A stretch of DNA of 64,000 nt from an uncultured Fibrobacteria bacterium (GTDB lineage: Bacteria; Fibrobacterota; Fibrobacteria; UBA11236), in the NCBI GenBank assembly GCA_963716395.1, contig OY970309.1, forward strand, positions 608,001 through 672,000. The letters run 5' to 3'. The translations under genes and the position numbers were made by a program. Under the pieces are notes generated by a model that was not told the origin of the DNA, made no database searches, and worked only from the letters and a program-made list of their open reading frames with translations. Below are positions 12,192 to 24,229 of this stretch, piece by piece (position 1 is the stretch's first letter; every line of letters starts with the position of its first letter).

Positions 12192-13199
12192 TTAAAGAGT
12201 GCGTTCTGTCATAAGCGCGCAGAGCCGGCGCAAATGGCCGGCGGCCGGCGTGTCGGGCAGGCTTTCCAGAAACGGCAGGCCGGCCCGGACGCGATCCACC
12301 GCCATGTTGCGGGCTTGGGTAAAAGACGCATGCTCCTCGAGTAAATCCCGAATCCGCACTTGGTTCAAATCCTGGTGGGGATGTTCCAACAGCCGCAGCA
12401 TCCGCGCGCGTTCCTCGGCGGCGCATTCGGAAAAAAACAGAATCAGGGGCAAGGTGAGAAAACCGTTGCGCACGTCGGAAAAGGTCTGCTTGTCGAGGTG
12501 TTCGCCGCCGATACCGAAATCGAGCAAATCGTCGACGATTTGAAAGGCGATGCCGAAGTCGCGCCCCAGCGCCGCGCCCTGGCGCTGCCCGCGTTCTTCC
12601 ATGCCGGCCAAGAGCGCGCCGCATTCGCCGCAGGCTTCGAGCAAGGCCGCGGTTTTGCCCTCGATGATTTCCAGGTATTCGGCCACCTTCAAATCCATGC
12701 GTCCGGCCCGCTCGATTTCGAGCACTTCGGCTTTGATCAGGCGGCTCGACGCGCGGCACAGACTGCGGGGCAGGCGCGGATCGGGATCGGCCCAGATCAA
12801 TTCCATCGACTTGGCCAGCACATAATCGCCGAGCAAAACGGCCATCCGGTTGCCCCAGCGCTGATGGGCGGTTTTTTCGTTGCGGCGCAGGTCGCTGCCG
12901 TCGATGATGTCGTCGTGGATCAAAGAACCCAGGTGGATCAATTCCAAGGCGGCGCCCACACGGGCTGCGCGTTCCAAATCGAAGGCATCACCGGTTTGCG
13001 ACAGCAGCAGCAAAAAGGTCGAACGGATGCGCTTGCCGCGGCGCGTCAAAAGGTCGCGCAAATACTCGGCCAGACGCCCCGGCGCGTTTTCGGCCAACGC
13101 TTCCATGATGGCTTGCACGCGATCCAATCCCGGCAGCGCAAAACTCCGCGCTTCGTACAAGGCCGAAGCGAAATCGATGGGTGGCAAAAGTTGCTTCAA
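12192..13199 (-). CDS. Polyprenyl diphosphate synthase
   Basis: GKRIR, first Asp-rich motif HDDIID..RR, and second motif FQIVDDLLD. Confidence 0.93.
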   Translation of the reverse strand: MKQLLPPIDFASALYEARSFALPGLDRVQAIMEALAENAPGRLAEYLRDLLTRRGKRIRSTFLLLLSQTGDAFDLERAARVGAALELIHLGSLIHDDIIDGSDLRRNEKTAHQRWGNRMAVLLGDYVLAKSMELIWADPDPRLPRSLCRASSRLIKAEVLEIERAGRMDLKVAEYLEIIEGKTAALLEACGECGALLAGMEERGQRQGAALGRDFGIAFQIVDDLLDFGIGGEHLDKQTFSDVRNGFLTLPLILFFSECAAEERARMLRLLEHPHQDLNQVRIRDLLEEHASFTQARNMAVDRVRAGLPFLESLPDTPAAGHLRRLCALMTERTL

Positions 13200-13492
13200 A
13201 ACCCCGGCTCCCTTCTGAAAAACCGAATGCCGGGTTCTCAGAGGTGTAACTCTACAAGCCCGTCAAATATAGCTAGGGCCTGCCCCGGCTTCCCCGGGTG
13301 CGGCTCCGGGATTTATTTCCATTTTGTCCAGACGACCCACGCACTTCCCATCGTAGGGTCAAAACCTGTATTCCCGGGGCCCCGACTCCGGAACGGGATG
13401 GCGGAATGATGGAGCGAAACTCCGTCTTCGGGGACTGGCGACGAAACCCTGACGGACGGGTATCTTTCCCCCGCAACGCCCACCAGCATCGC

Positions 13493-14353
13493 ATGTCGAT
13501 CCCGACCGTTTATTACTGGATTCGCTTCGTCTCTTCACCTGCCGCCGCCGAAAGCGATCAATATCGGCTTATGGAATCAGGTGCGCTCGGCACCGAAGAG
13601 GAGGCCTGCGGCGAAGCGGTTCGGGTGTGCGGATTTTTCGACGATCCCGAGCTGTGCCGGCAAGCCTGCGCGGCCTTGGGGGCCCGCGCCGGTTTGGAGC
13701 GGGGCGAAAGCCCGTGGGAAGATTGGGATCAAAGCTGGCGCGCGCGTCAGACGCCGGTGCAGGTCACACCGGCGCTCACCGTCTGCCCACCTTGGGTCGA
13801 GGCCCCGGCGGCACGCCATGTCATTCGGCTGGAAGCCAAAATGGCCTTCGGCACCGGAACGCATGAGTCGACCCGCATCGCGGCCCTGCTCCTAGAGCGG
13901 CAGAACCTGGTGGGCCGGAAAGTGCTGGACGTGGGCACCGGAACCGGAATTTTGGCTTTGTATGCGGCCCGCCTGGGAGCGGCCCTGGCCGTAGGATTCG
14001 ACGCCGATCCGGTCACCGGGCCTTGCTTGAAAGAAAACGTCGAATTGAACCCGACCGGAAGCGCGGCGACCGCCGCCTTTTTCGTCGGCACCCTGGCGGC
14101 TTTGCGCAATGATCCGGTTTTTGATCTGGCGGTAGGCAATATGATCCGTGCGGAAATTTTTCCGCTGCTGGGCGCCATCTTCGCTTTACTTCGGCCCGGC
14201 GGTTCGCTCCTTGTTTCCGGGCAACGCGTCGAAGATCAATCGTTCTGGCGGCCGAAACTCCCGTGGCGAAGCTTCGGGATCGCCGAAGAAATAACGCTGA
14301 ATGAATGGTGGGGTTTTCGGATTACGGCGGCCAAGCCCGGCCCGCAAGGCTGA
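13493..14353 (+). CDS. prmA: Ribosomal protein L11 methyltransferase-like
   Basis: MAFGTGTHEST and VLDVGTGTGIL motifs. Confidence 0.88.
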   Translation: MSIPTVYYWIRFVSSPAAAESDQYRLMESGALGTEEEACGEAVRVCGFFDDPELCRQACAALGARAGLERGESPWEDWDQSWRARQTPVQVTPALTVCPPWVEAPAARHVIRLEAKMAFGTGTHESTRIAALLLERQNLVGRKVLDVGTGTGILALYAARLGAALAVGFDADPVTGPCLKENVELNPTGSAATAAFFVGTLAALRNDPVFDLAVGNMIRAEIFPLLGAIFALLRPGGSLLVSGQRVEDQSFWRPKLPWRSFGIAEEITLNEWWGFRITAAKPGPQG

Positions 14354-14359
14354 AACCGG

Positions 14360-15673
<1,314 letters not shown>

Positions 15674-15794
15674 AAGGATCGGCTAACGATTCTCGACTAT
15701 TCCCTCTTCGGACCCTGGTTCTTCACGGGTCATAGAGGTCATGCAAATATACTTCACCGGAAAAGCGGGTTTCCATAGCGTAAAGACGGCCTTT

Positions 15795-16214
15795 TTATAA
15801 AATATTCGGGGTTTTTAGATATAAATTTTCCCTTTTTCGCATAATTTCGCGATCCTTTGATTTAATATGGTCGTAACCGCATAAATGCAAAATTCCATGG
15901 GTCATCACCCGCTTTAATTCATTGAAATAGCTGTTCTTCCAGCGATGGCACTGCCTGCGTACCTGTGGATTGGAGATATACACTTCCCCGGCAAAATCCG
16001 GGTCGTCCCAGTCGAAGGACAGTACGTCGGTAACCCTATCCAGCCCACGAAACCGGCGATTCAATTGTCGGACCTTTTGATCGGAACAAATCACCACGTT
16101 CAGGGCCGAACCCACGCCTTCACCCTGGGCGATTTTTACCGCCAGCCGTTTCAAGGAGCCGGAATGGGGGACACTTTGCCCGGCCTCAAAAAGCAAGGCG
16201 ATTTTCGCCGCCAA
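15795..16214 (-). CDS. ybeY: rRNA maturation RNase YbeY
   Basis: LNRRFRG..TDVLSF and HGILHLCGYDH motifs. Confidence 0.94.
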   Translation of the reverse strand: MAAKIALLFEAGQSVPHSGSLKRLAVKIAQGEGVGSALNVVICSDQKVRQLNRRFRGLDRVTDVLSFDWDDPDFAGEVYISNPQVRRQCHRWKNSYFNELKRVMTHGILHLCGYDHIKSKDREIMRKRENLYLKTPNIL

Positions 16215-16216
16215 GC

Positions 16217-16540
16217 TTAATCCTCGGTTTCCGTCGCCTCTCCGCCGGTTTCGTTTTGGGTCCAGCGGGTCAAAACCTCGCAGATTTTGGCGGCCTGCGC
16301 CGGAGAGGAGATGGTGAATTTGCTTTTGACCCGATATTCGCCGTCGCGCTTCTGGTAGCGGCGAATCGAGTACTTGGGAGCCTTATAGTTCCCGGAGGCT
16401 TTGTCCAAATCCTGGTACTTGAACATGAGCGTGGCCCAAGTACCCTTGGTCAACACCTCTTTGTCCATCTGCTTGCACAGCAGGGTTCCGTCTTCGTCGT
16501 GAAAATTCACATTTAATTCGTCCACCGTCTCATTGGGCAT
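16217..16540 (-). CDS. Conserved hypothetical protein
   Basis: Clean 107-aa ORF co-oriented with ybeY, containing KEVLTKGTWATLMF..RRYQK. Confidence 0.8.
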   Translation of the reverse strand: MPNETVDELNVNFHDEDGTLLCKQMDKEVLTKGTWATLMFKYQDLDKASGNYKAPKYSIRRYQKRDGEYRVKSKFTISSPAQAAKICEVLTRWTQNETGGEATETED

Positions 16541-16712
16541 GGCAAAGATTCCTTGGGTTGCGGCCGAAAACCGGCTTCGTAATCGCGCGAAGCAGCAGGC
16601 TAATATAAATAGGCGTCACTTCGGCCCTTCCCTTCTTGGGTAATTCGGCGAAAACCCGGGTCAATCCGAATCGAGGCACGCGAATTGACTATTCCTTGGT
16701 AAAATTCCTGGA

Positions 16713-17849
16713 ATGGCTTGGACCCAAAATGAGGAAGATCGTCAGCAAAGCTTGCAGGATTTGGGTGAGAAGCTGGGTCGACGTGAAAGGCTGACCCGGG
16801 ACGATGCCGTATTTCTTTATTCGTGGGCGCCGCTGCCCTGGCTCCAAGCCCGCGCCGATCAAGAGCGGGAATTGCGGCATGGCCGCGAAGCTTATTTCAA
16901 CCGCAATATCCACTTCGAGCCCACCAATGTGTGCATATATGCTTGCAAATTCTGTGCGTTCTACCGCGCGCCGAAAACCGCGGCCGCAGACGGAGCCTGG
17001 GACCACTCTTTCGAAGACTTGCGGCAGCGCTTGGAGCGCTATCCCGTCGGCGCATTGACCGAAATCCACATCACCGGCGGCGTGCACCCGGATCGCGGGG
17101 TCGAATACGGCGAGGCCTTGTGCGCCTTCATCCATTCCTTGCGACCCGAATTGCACATCAAAGCCTTTACTGCGGTGGAAATCTCCTATTTCGCCAAAAA
17201 GAGCCGGGTCACCTTGGCCCAGGCTTTGGAAAGGCTCCAGGCGGCCGGCCTTAATTCTTTGCCCGGTGGCGGCGCTGAAATTTTCGACCCCGAAGTGCGC
17301 CGGGTCATTGCCGGCGGCAAGGCGCCGGCGCAAACCTGGCTCGAAGTGCACGAGCGGGCGCATGAGTTGGGACTGCTTTCCAATGCCACCATGCTCTACG
17401 GCCATGTCGAATCCTACGCCCATCGGGTGGATCACATGGCGCGCCTGCGCGACCTACAGGATCGCACAGGAGGTTTCAAGTCCTTCATTCCCTTGCGTTA
17501 TCGCAACGAGGCGAATGCCCTGAGCCGGATTCCGGAAATCCCGCCGCAGGAAGACCTGCGCAATTATGCCGTAGCCCGTCTCTTTCTCGACAACATTCCG
17601 CATCTCAAAGCCTACTGGCCCATGTTGGGGTTGGAATTGGCGGCCGAAGCCTTGGGCTACGGGGTCGACGATCTCGACGGCACGGTCGACGACTCGACCC
17701 GCATCTATTCCATGGCCGGCGGACCGGACCATCCCGCCGCTTCGGTGGAAGTATTACAGAACGCGATTCGCTCCCAAGGCCGGATTCCGGTGGAGCGGAA
17801 TTCGCAGTATCAGAAATTGCTGCCGTCGATTCCGGCCAGCAGCCCATAG
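16713..17849 (+). CDS. mqnE: Aminofutalosine synthase-like radical SAM enzyme (CofH/MqnE family)
   Basis: TNVCIYACKFCAF (CxxxCxxC), PGGGAEIF, NATMLYGHVE and HLKAYW motifs. Confidence 0.85.
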   Translation: MAWTQNEEDRQQSLQDLGEKLGRRERLTRDDAVFLYSWAPLPWLQARADQERELRHGREAYFNRNIHFEPTNVCIYACKFCAFYRAPKTAAADGAWDHSFEDLRQRLERYPVGALTEIHITGGVHPDRGVEYGEALCAFIHSLRPELHIKAFTAVEISYFAKKSRVTLAQALERLQAAGLNSLPGGGAEIFDPEVRRVIAGGKAPAQTWLEVHERAHELGLLSNATMLYGHVESYAHRVDHMARLRDLQDRTGGFKSFIPLRYRNEANALSRIPEIPPQEDLRNYAVARLFLDNIPHLKAYWPMLGLELAAEALGYGVDDLDGTVDDSTRIYSMAGGPDHPAASVEVLQNAIRSQGRIPVERNSQYQKLLPSIPASSP

Positions 17850-18739
17850 AGCACGCGCGACACCGGCGCTTGGCCGCCCAAAGACTCGATGCGACGGATT
17901 GGGTCGCCGTAAATCGCCTGCACTTCCATGGGCCTTCCGGCATCGCGGTCCAATTTCATGCTGGGTTCATAGGGTTTCATCGCGCGCGTCGAATCGATCA
18001 TTTTTTCGACGAAGCGCGCATTGAGATCGACGCCGTCGAGCCGCGCGCCGGACACGACTTCGTCCATGCACGCACGCACCAACTTGACCCAAGCCGGCCG
18101 CAGCAAAACTTCGGCCGTGTCGACACCCAGCAAGGCCGTCAAGCCATTGAACGGTATGTTCCACACCAATTTTTTCCAGCGCGCCGCCTTCCAATCGCTT
18201 TCCAGGCGAATTTCGATGCCGGCCTGTTCAAAATCGGTCGCGATGCTTTGCACCCAAAGTGGGAGGGCCGCGTCGCTCCGAGCCGGCGCGCAAGCCGCCA
18301 AGGTGATGGCGCCGTAATCCTGATGCTCCACCACCGCGGGCCGGGCCATGCGGCAGCAAAGAAAACACAGGCCGCTTACGACCCGAATGCCGGGAAGGGC
18401 TTTCATCACTTCATTCTCGGGATGCAACCCGTTTTGCAAAACCACCACCATTCCGTCGGGTTTTACGACCCGCGGCAATACCTCGGGCAAAGCGGAATTC
18501 GAAGTGGCCTTCCACGACAGCAACACCACATCGCAAGGCGGCATGGCTTCGGCCCGATCATAAACCTCGACTTCTGGGAGATGAAAATCACCGCGGGGCG
18601 AAAGCACCCTGAGCCCGTTTTGACGCAAAGCTTCGGCTCCGGAACGCGCCAGAAACCGCACGGGAAAACCCGCTTGGCGAAGCAGCGCCCCGTAATAGCC
18701 GCCCACGGCTCCGGTTCCCAAAACCCCATACGTCCGCAT
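17810..18739 (-). CDS. panE: 2-dehydropantoate 2-reductase family
   Basis: GTGAVGGYYG, LQNG, WKKLVWNIPFNGL and PSMKLD..E motifs. Confidence 0.9.
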   Translation of the reverse strand: MRTYGVLGTGAVGGYYGALLRQAGFPVRFLARSGAEALRQNGLRVLSPRGDFHLPEVEVYDRAEAMPPCDVVLLSWKATSNSALPEVLPRVVKPDGMVVVLQNGLHPENEVMKALPGIRVVSGLCFLCCRMARPAVVEHQDYGAITLAACAPARSDAALPLWVQSIATDFEQAGIEIRLESDWKAARWKKLVWNIPFNGLTALLGVDTAEVLLRPAWVKLVRACMDEVVSGARLDGVDLNARFVEKMIDSTRAMKPYEPSMKLDRDAGRPMEVQAIYGDPIRRIESLGGQAPVSRVLYGLLAGIDGSNF

Positions 18740-18819
18740 ATCGTATAATGCCTTGATTTTCTTGCCGCCCGCGAGGCGAAAACCTAGCTTTTGACCCCTT
18801 CAAGTCGAATGGAGTGGCT

Positions 18820-19002
18820 ATGCCGCAGATCAAAGGAAAACGCGTTGTGGTAACGCTCGAATGCACCGAAGCCCGCGCCGCAGGCATGCCGCCTTCCCGC
18901 TACATGACGACCAAGAACAAGTCGAAGCAATCGGGACGCATCGAGAAGATGAAATACAACCCCTACATGCGCAAGCACACGCTGCACCGCGAGGTGAAGT
19001 AA
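18820..19002 (+). CDS. rpmG: 50S ribosomal protein L33
   Basis: [23 protein letters not shown] motif, with a GGAG RBS. Confidence 0.95.
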   Translation: MPQIKGKRVVVTLECTEARAAGMPPSRYMTTKNKSKQSGRIEKMKYNPYMRKHTLHREVK

Positions 19003-19027
19003 GCGCGGGCACGGCGTCGGATCGACC

Positions 19028-19420
19028 ATGGCTTCGATCTTCACGCGCATCCTCCGGGGCGAAGTTCCCTGCGAAAAAATCCTGGAAAGCGATCGACTTT
19101 TCGCCTTTCTCGACATCCGTCCCATTGCCCCGGGGCATACCTTGGTGATTCCCAAGGCCGAGATCGACGATGTGTTCGATCTCGCGGCCGAAACCCTGGC
19201 CGAAATGCTGCCCTTCGCGCAGCGCGTGGCCGCGGCCTTGAAGCGGGCCGTTCCCTGCCGCCGGGTGGGTATGATGGTGGCCGGTTTCGAAGTGCCGCAT
19301 GCGCATTTGCATCTGGTTCCGCTGCAGCAGGAAAGCGATTTGAGTTTCAGCCGCGCCCAACCTTCGAACCCCGCCGTCTTGAAAGCCGTGGGCGACGCCA
19401 TCCGCGCGGCTTTGGATTAA
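19028..19420 (+). CDS. HIT family protein
   Basis: FLDIRP..GHTLVIPK and the histidine triad HAHLH. Confidence 0.94.
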   Translation: MASIFTRILRGEVPCEKILESDRLFAFLDIRPIAPGHTLVIPKAEIDDVFDLAAETLAEMLPFAQRVAAALKRAVPCRRVGMMVAGFEVPHAHLHLVPLQQESDLSFSRAQPSNPAVLKAVGDAIRAALD

Positions 19421-19424
19421 GCCC

Positions 19425-20438
19425 ATGGCCGCGAATCCCCAAGCGGCGCGACCCTCCGCATTTTCCTTGTCCCTCCGCCCGCGGCGCAACCGCCAAAGCG
19501 CGTCGCTGCGCGACTTGGTGCGCGAAACGCGTCTGCATCCCGGCCATTTCATTTTGCCGCTCTTCGTGACGGAAGGGAAAAACCAAAGCGTTCCCGTCGC
19601 CTCCATGCCCGGCGTCTTCCGGTTGAGCCGCGATCGCGTCGTGGCCGAAGCCCGGCGCGCGGCCCAGCTCGGCATTCCGGCCGTGGCGCTGTTTCCCGTG
19701 ATTCCCGCGGCGCGCAAAGATCACCGGGCCTCGGCCTCCGCCGCGCCGGACGGATTGCTGCAGAATACGGTGCGCGATTTGAAATCGAGCGTGCCGGAGA
19801 TCACGGTGATTACCGACGTGGCCATGGACCCGTATTCGAGCGACGGCCATGACGGGCTGGTCGAAAACGGAAAAATCCTGAACGACGAAACCTTGCCCAT
19901 TCTGGCCGCCATGGCCTTGAGCCAGGCCGAGGCGGGCGCCGATATGATTGCGCCGTCGGACATGATGGACGGACGGGTCGGTTATCTGCGCGCGGCGTTG
20001 GATGGCGCCGGCCACACCGAAGTCGGCATCCTCGCCTACTCGGCCAAATACGCCTCGGCGTTTTACGGGCCTTTCCGCGAAGCGCTGGATTCGGCGCCCA
20101 AACACGGTGACAAAAAAACCTATCAGATGGATCCGGCCAACCGCCGCGAAGCGCTGCGCGAGGTTTTGCTCGACGTGCAGGAAGGCGCCGACTTGGTCAT
20201 GGTCAAACCGGCCCTGCCCTATCTCGACGTGATCGCCGCGGTGAAGGCCGCGGTGCCTGTGCCGGTGGCGGCCTACCATGTCAGCGGCGAATACGCCATG
20301 ATCCAGGCGGCCGGCCGGCTCGGCTGGCTCGATGCCGAACAGGCCATGCTCGAATCCGTGCTCTCCATCCGCCGCGCCGGGGCCGACGCCATTCTGACCT
20401 ACGCCGCGCTGGCCCTGGCGGAAAAGCTGAACGGCTGA
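19425..20438 (+). CDS. hemB: Porphobilinogen synthase
   Basis: APSDMMDGRV, SAFYGPFREA, YQMDPAN and MVKP motifs. The metal region is Asp-type (DPYSSDGHDG). Confidence 0.97.
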   Translation: MAANPQAARPSAFSLSLRPRRNRQSASLRDLVRETRLHPGHFILPLFVTEGKNQSVPVASMPGVFRLSRDRVVAEARRAAQLGIPAVALFPVIPAARKDHRASASAAPDGLLQNTVRDLKSSVPEITVITDVAMDPYSSDGHDGLVENGKILNDETLPILAAMALSQAEAGADMIAPSDMMDGRVGYLRAALDGAGHTEVGILAYSAKYASAFYGPFREALDSAPKHGDKKTYQMDPANRREALREVLLDVQEGADLVMVKPALPYLDVIAAVKAAVPVPVAAYHVSGEYAMIQAAGRLGWLDAEQAMLESVLSIRRAGADAILTYAALALAEKLNG

Positions 20439-20476
20439 ATTCAGCCGCCGAGACCACTGGAAAACGCGGTCGCACC

Positions 20477-21205
20477 ATGCTTACCGATCTCCATTTGCAG
20501 AAATACCTGGAAGGACGCCTGTCGAAAAAAGAGGAACAGGAACTCGAAGTGCTGCTGGAAAAAAATCCGTCGCTCCAGCAACGCTTGCAGGAGTTGGAAG
20601 CGCGCGATAATACCGTCTTGCGCCCGCGCTGGGAGCGCGTGTTCCTCAACCGCGGATCGCGACAGGGAAGCCGGGTGCGCTACTCCACCATCCTGCCGGC
20701 CCTGGTGCTGCTCCTGCTCCTCTTCGCGCTCACCGCGCATTGGTTCGGAAAGCCCGGCGCCAATTCCACGTTTCTCCAGGCCGGCGGCAACGGCACGGCC
20801 GTGGATCTGCTCTATCATTCCGCCGGCGACGGGTGGCGCTACCTCGACGCGGGCTTCCACCCCGGCGATTCGCTGACCATCGCCGTCCGCGACACGGGCC
20901 ATTATGCGGTACGCGTGTTCGCCCTCTACGCGGGGTTGCCCGAACCCGTGGCCCAGGAACTCTGGTCGAGCCCGGAGGATCGCCGCTTCGGCAAGGGCGA
21001 TCCCAAGCCGGTCTTCGCTTCGCGGCCGCATTCCGCGCCCCCGTCACTACCGCGTTACCTGGCGTTGATTTACGACACGGGCTCGGTGGCGTCCTTCGAT
21101 TCCGAAGACGTGGTGGGGCTGTTGCGCGCCGGCGCCGGCGCTGGCGGCGGCCGCCAGCCGTCGTTTCAATACCAGGTGTTCCGCGTTCCCGAACCCGGAC
21201 CCTGA
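20477..21205 (+). CDS. Hypothetical single-pass membrane protein, anti-sigma-like architecture
   Basis: N-terminal LQKYLEGRLS..E..ELE..L helix pattern, one TM segment, then a soluble domain. Confidence 0.65.
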   Translation: MLTDLHLQKYLEGRLSKKEEQELEVLLEKNPSLQQRLQELEARDNTVLRPRWERVFLNRGSRQGSRVRYSTILPALVLLLLLFALTAHWFGKPGANSTFLQAGGNGTAVDLLYHSAGDGWRYLDAGFHPGDSLTIAVRDTGHYAVRVFALYAGLPEPVAQELWSSPEDRRFGKGDPKPVFASRPHSAPPSLPRYLALIYDTGSVASFDSEDVVGLLRAGAGAGGGRQPSFQYQVFRVPEPGP

Positions 21206-21431
21206 AGGGTCCGAGTTCATCCCGGCCCCTCCTCCTGGCCTATCTTCCCAGCGGACAGCATCTTAGCCCCGCGTACGGCGGGCTTACCGGGCCGCCCGAA
21301 ACCAGTTGCAGACCCGCGGATGTTGACATGCCCCGATTGCAAGGATACCTTGTCTGTGATCGATTGATGGTATCATACATGGTACCCTGCGCCGGTTCGC
21401 ATGCCCACCGCGCCGGGACCGACGAGGAAAC

Positions 21432-23351
21432 ATGGCGGAAACCCGAACCGAAGCCCGCGACGCAAAAATCCGCTACGACGAAGACAGCATCAAATCGCTG
21501 AATTGGGTGGAACATATCCGGCTGCGCCCGGGCATGTACATCGGCAAGCTCGGCAACGGATCGGCCCCCGACGACGGCATTTATGTGCTGTTCAAAGAGG
21601 TGGTCGATAATTCCATCGATGAATTCGCCATGGGCGCGGGCAAGGAAATCGACATCGCCATCGCCGCCGACGGAACCTTGTCGGTGCGCGACTACGGCCG
21701 CGGCATTCCCCTCGGCAAGGTGGTGGCCTGCGTGTCGCAGATCAACACCGGCGGAAAATTCGACGGCGAGGCCTTCAAGAAAACCGTGGGGCTGAACGGC
21801 GTGGGCACCAAAGCCGTGAACGCCTTGTCGTCGCAGTTCCGGGTGCAGAGTTTTCGCGACGGCCGCACCAAGTCGGCCGAGTTCAACCAGGGCCAACTCG
21901 TGCAGGACGAGCGCGAGAAGCCGACCACCGAACGCAACGGAACCTTAATCCGCTTCACGCCCGACCCGACCGTTTTCCCCAAGTACCGATGGGAAGCGGA
22001 ATTCCTGGAAGAGCGCATCCGCTATTACACCTATTTGAACAGCGGGCTTTCCATCAACTTCAACGGGCAGAAGTTCACCTCCAAAGGCGGCATTCTCGAT
22101 CTGTTGGCCCATCACACCGACGACACCATCCGCTACCCCATCATCCATTTTCAAGACGGCGATCTCGAAGCCGCCATGACCCATGACGGCAATTACGGGG
22201 AGCGTTATTTCTCCTTCGTCAACGGCCAGTTCACCACCGAAGGCGGCACCCATCTCGCGGCCTTCAAGGAAGGGGTGATCCGCGCCTGCAAGGATTTCTA
22301 TAAGCGCGATTTCGAAGCTTCGGACGTGCGCGGCTCCATCGTGGGTGCCATCGCCATCCGCATGCACGAACCGGTGTTCGAGTCGCAGACCAAAACCAAA
22401 CTCGGCTCGACAACCTACAACGCCCAAGGCGACTCGTTGCGCTCCTGGGTGGCCGACTTCGTGCGCGGACGCCTGGAGCAGCACCTGCACAAAAATCCCG
22501 AGACCGCGAAGGCCCTGCTGGCGCGCATCCAACAGAATGAACATGAACGCAAGGAAATGGCGGGCGTGCGCAAACTGGCCAATGAGCGCGCCAAAAAAGC
22601 CAATCTGCACAACCGCAAACTGCGCGATTGCAACGTGCATTACAACACCAACCACCGGCTGCGCGACCAGTCGCAAATCTTCATCACCGAAGGCGATTCG
22701 GCTTCGGGATCCATTACCAAGGCGCGCAGCGTCAACACCCAGGCCGTATTTTCGCTCAAGGGCAAGCCGCTCAACTGCTACGGCATGTCCAAAAAGGTGG
22801 TGTACGAAAACGAAGAGTTCAACTTGCTTCAGCATGCGCTCAACATCGAAGAGGGCATTGAGGAGCTGCGTTACCATCAAATCATCGTGGCCACCGATGC
22901 CGACGTCGACGGTGCGCATATCCGGCTGTTGCTGCTCACCTTTTTCCTGCAATTCTTTCCGGAGCTGGTGGCGCGCGGCCATGTGCACGTATTGCAAACG
23001 CCCCTGTTCCGCGTGCGCAATAAAAAAGCGACCTTTTACTGCTATGACGAATCCGAGAAAGCCGCGGCCCTCGGCAAGCTGGGGAAGAACGCGGAGATTA
23101 CCCGCTTCAAAGGTTTGGGCGAAATTTCCCCGGATGAATTCTCCGCCTTCATCGGCAAAGACATCCGCCTCGAACCCGTGCTGCTCAAGCCCGACCAGAA
23201 AATCGGCGAAGTGCTGGAATATTATATGGGCAAGAATTCCCCTGAACGCCGCGACTTCATCATGGAGAATTTGCGGGTCGAAGAAGACGTGGTCGAAGAA
23301 AATCCGGAAGCGTTCGCCCGGGAAAAAGCCGCGGTGGGCGCCGCAGAGTGA
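21432..23351 (+). CDS. parE: Type IIA topoisomerase subunit B (topoisomerase IV-type)
   Basis: [41 protein letters not shown] and RFKGLGE motifs. Confidence 0.92.
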   Translation: MAETRTEARDAKIRYDEDSIKSLNWVEHIRLRPGMYIGKLGNGSAPDDGIYVLFKEVVDNSIDEFAMGAGKEIDIAIAADGTLSVRDYGRGIPLGKVVACVSQINTGGKFDGEAFKKTVGLNGVGTKAVNALSSQFRVQSFRDGRTKSAEFNQGQLVQDEREKPTTERNGTLIRFTPDPTVFPKYRWEAEFLEERIRYYTYLNSGLSINFNGQKFTSKGGILDLLAHHTDDTIRYPIIHFQDGDLEAAMTHDGNYGERYFSFVNGQFTTEGGTHLAAFKEGVIRACKDFYKRDFEASDVRGSIVGAIAIRMHEPVFESQTKTKLGSTTYNAQGDSLRSWVADFVRGRLEQHLHKNPETAKALLARIQQNEHERKEMAGVRKLANERAKKANLHNRKLRDCNVHYNTNHRLRDQSQIFITEGDSASGSITKARSVNTQAVFSLKGKPLNCYGMSKKVVYENEEFNLLQHALNIEEGIEELRYHQIIVATDADVDGAHIRLLLLTFFLQFFPELVARGHVHVLQTPLFRVRNKKATFYCYDESEKAAALGKLGKNAEITRFKGLGEISPDEFSAFIGKDIRLEPVLLKPDQKIGEVLEYYMGKNSPERRDFIMENLRVEEDVVEENPEAFAREKAAVGAAE

Positions 23352-23483
23352 AAAGACGAATTGCCCTTCCCAAAATCCCAACCGGAAAATTGACAACGCG
23401 AACCGGTAATCAAGAAATCGCGGATCCAGTGACAGTGCGGGATTTCTTCACCCTGAATTGGGCGCTTGGCCGTTTGCTCTAAA

Positions 23484-23518
23484 TTGACATCAAAAGAGTG
23501 TAGATGTAGGATTGATGT
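23484..23518 (+). promoter_or_regulatory. Sigma70 promoter with putative antitoxin operator; probably leaderless
   Basis: TTGACA-17 nt-TAGGAT, with the ATG starting 7 nt after the -10. ACATC..GATGT inverted repeat plus a second GATGT. Confidence 0.7.
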
Positions 23519-23782
23519 ATGGTGCGGACCCAAATTCAACTGCCCGACGCGCTCTATCGGCGCGCCAAACATTTCGGAGCGGAAAAAGAGATGTCCCTCG
23601 CCGAAATGACCCGACGCGGACTGGAGCTGCTGCTGGATCGCTACCCGTCTGCAGGGAAAAAATCCCCGCGGCCCTGGAAATTTCCCACCTTCAAGAGTGG
23701 ATTGAAGGTCGAGCTGACGAAACTGCGCGAAATCCTGGCGGAAGAGCGGGAAAAACATGCCCTGCGGGGACTCAACCCCTGA
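23519..23782 (+). CDS. Ribbon-helix-helix (VapB-like) antitoxin
   Basis: MVRTQIQLPDALY..K..SLAE..RR.LE pattern, directly upstream of a PIN toxin. Confidence 0.85.
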   Translation: MVRTQIQLPDALYRRAKHFGAEKEMSLAEMTRRGLELLLDRYPSAGKKSPRPWKFPTFKSGLKVELTKLREILAEEREKHALRGLNP

Positions 23783-23785
23783 TTC

Positions 23786-24229
23786 ATGCTGTCGCTCGAC
23801 ACCAATATCCTGCTCGCGGCTTCGGACGAACGAAACAACGCTTTCACACGGGCGATGTCCTTTATCGCGGGATTGAACGACCGGGAGGATGTGGCGATTT
23901 CTGAATTCGTCCTGCTGGAGCTTTACGTGCTGTTGCGAAATCCTGCGATCATGATCAAACCCCGCACTCCCGTTCAGGCGGTGGAAAGCTGCAACGCCTG
24001 GCGGAGTCATCCACGCTGGCAGGTTCTTGGCTTTCCGCATGACAGTCGCGACTTTCATGATGCGTTTTGGATCAAGCTGGAAGAACCGGGTTTCGCCCGT
24101 CGCCGCGCCGATGATGGGAGGATGGCCCTGGCTTTGATCCGCCAAGGCGTGGACGAATTCGCCACCGTGAACGTGAAAGACTTTAAGGACTTCGAATTCC
24201 GCCGTGTGTGGAACCCGTTGACATCATGA
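23786..24229 (+). CDS. vapC: VapC/PIN-domain toxin
   Basis: SLDTNIL, a conserved E, D..MA and FATVNVKDF..VWNP motifs. Confidence 0.9.
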   Translation: MLSLDTNILLAASDERNNAFTRAMSFIAGLNDREDVAISEFVLLELYVLLRNPAIMIKPRTPVQAVESCNAWRSHPRWQVLGFPHDSRDFHDAFWIKLEEPGFARRRADDGRMALALIRQGVDEFATVNVKDFKDFEFRRVWNPLTS

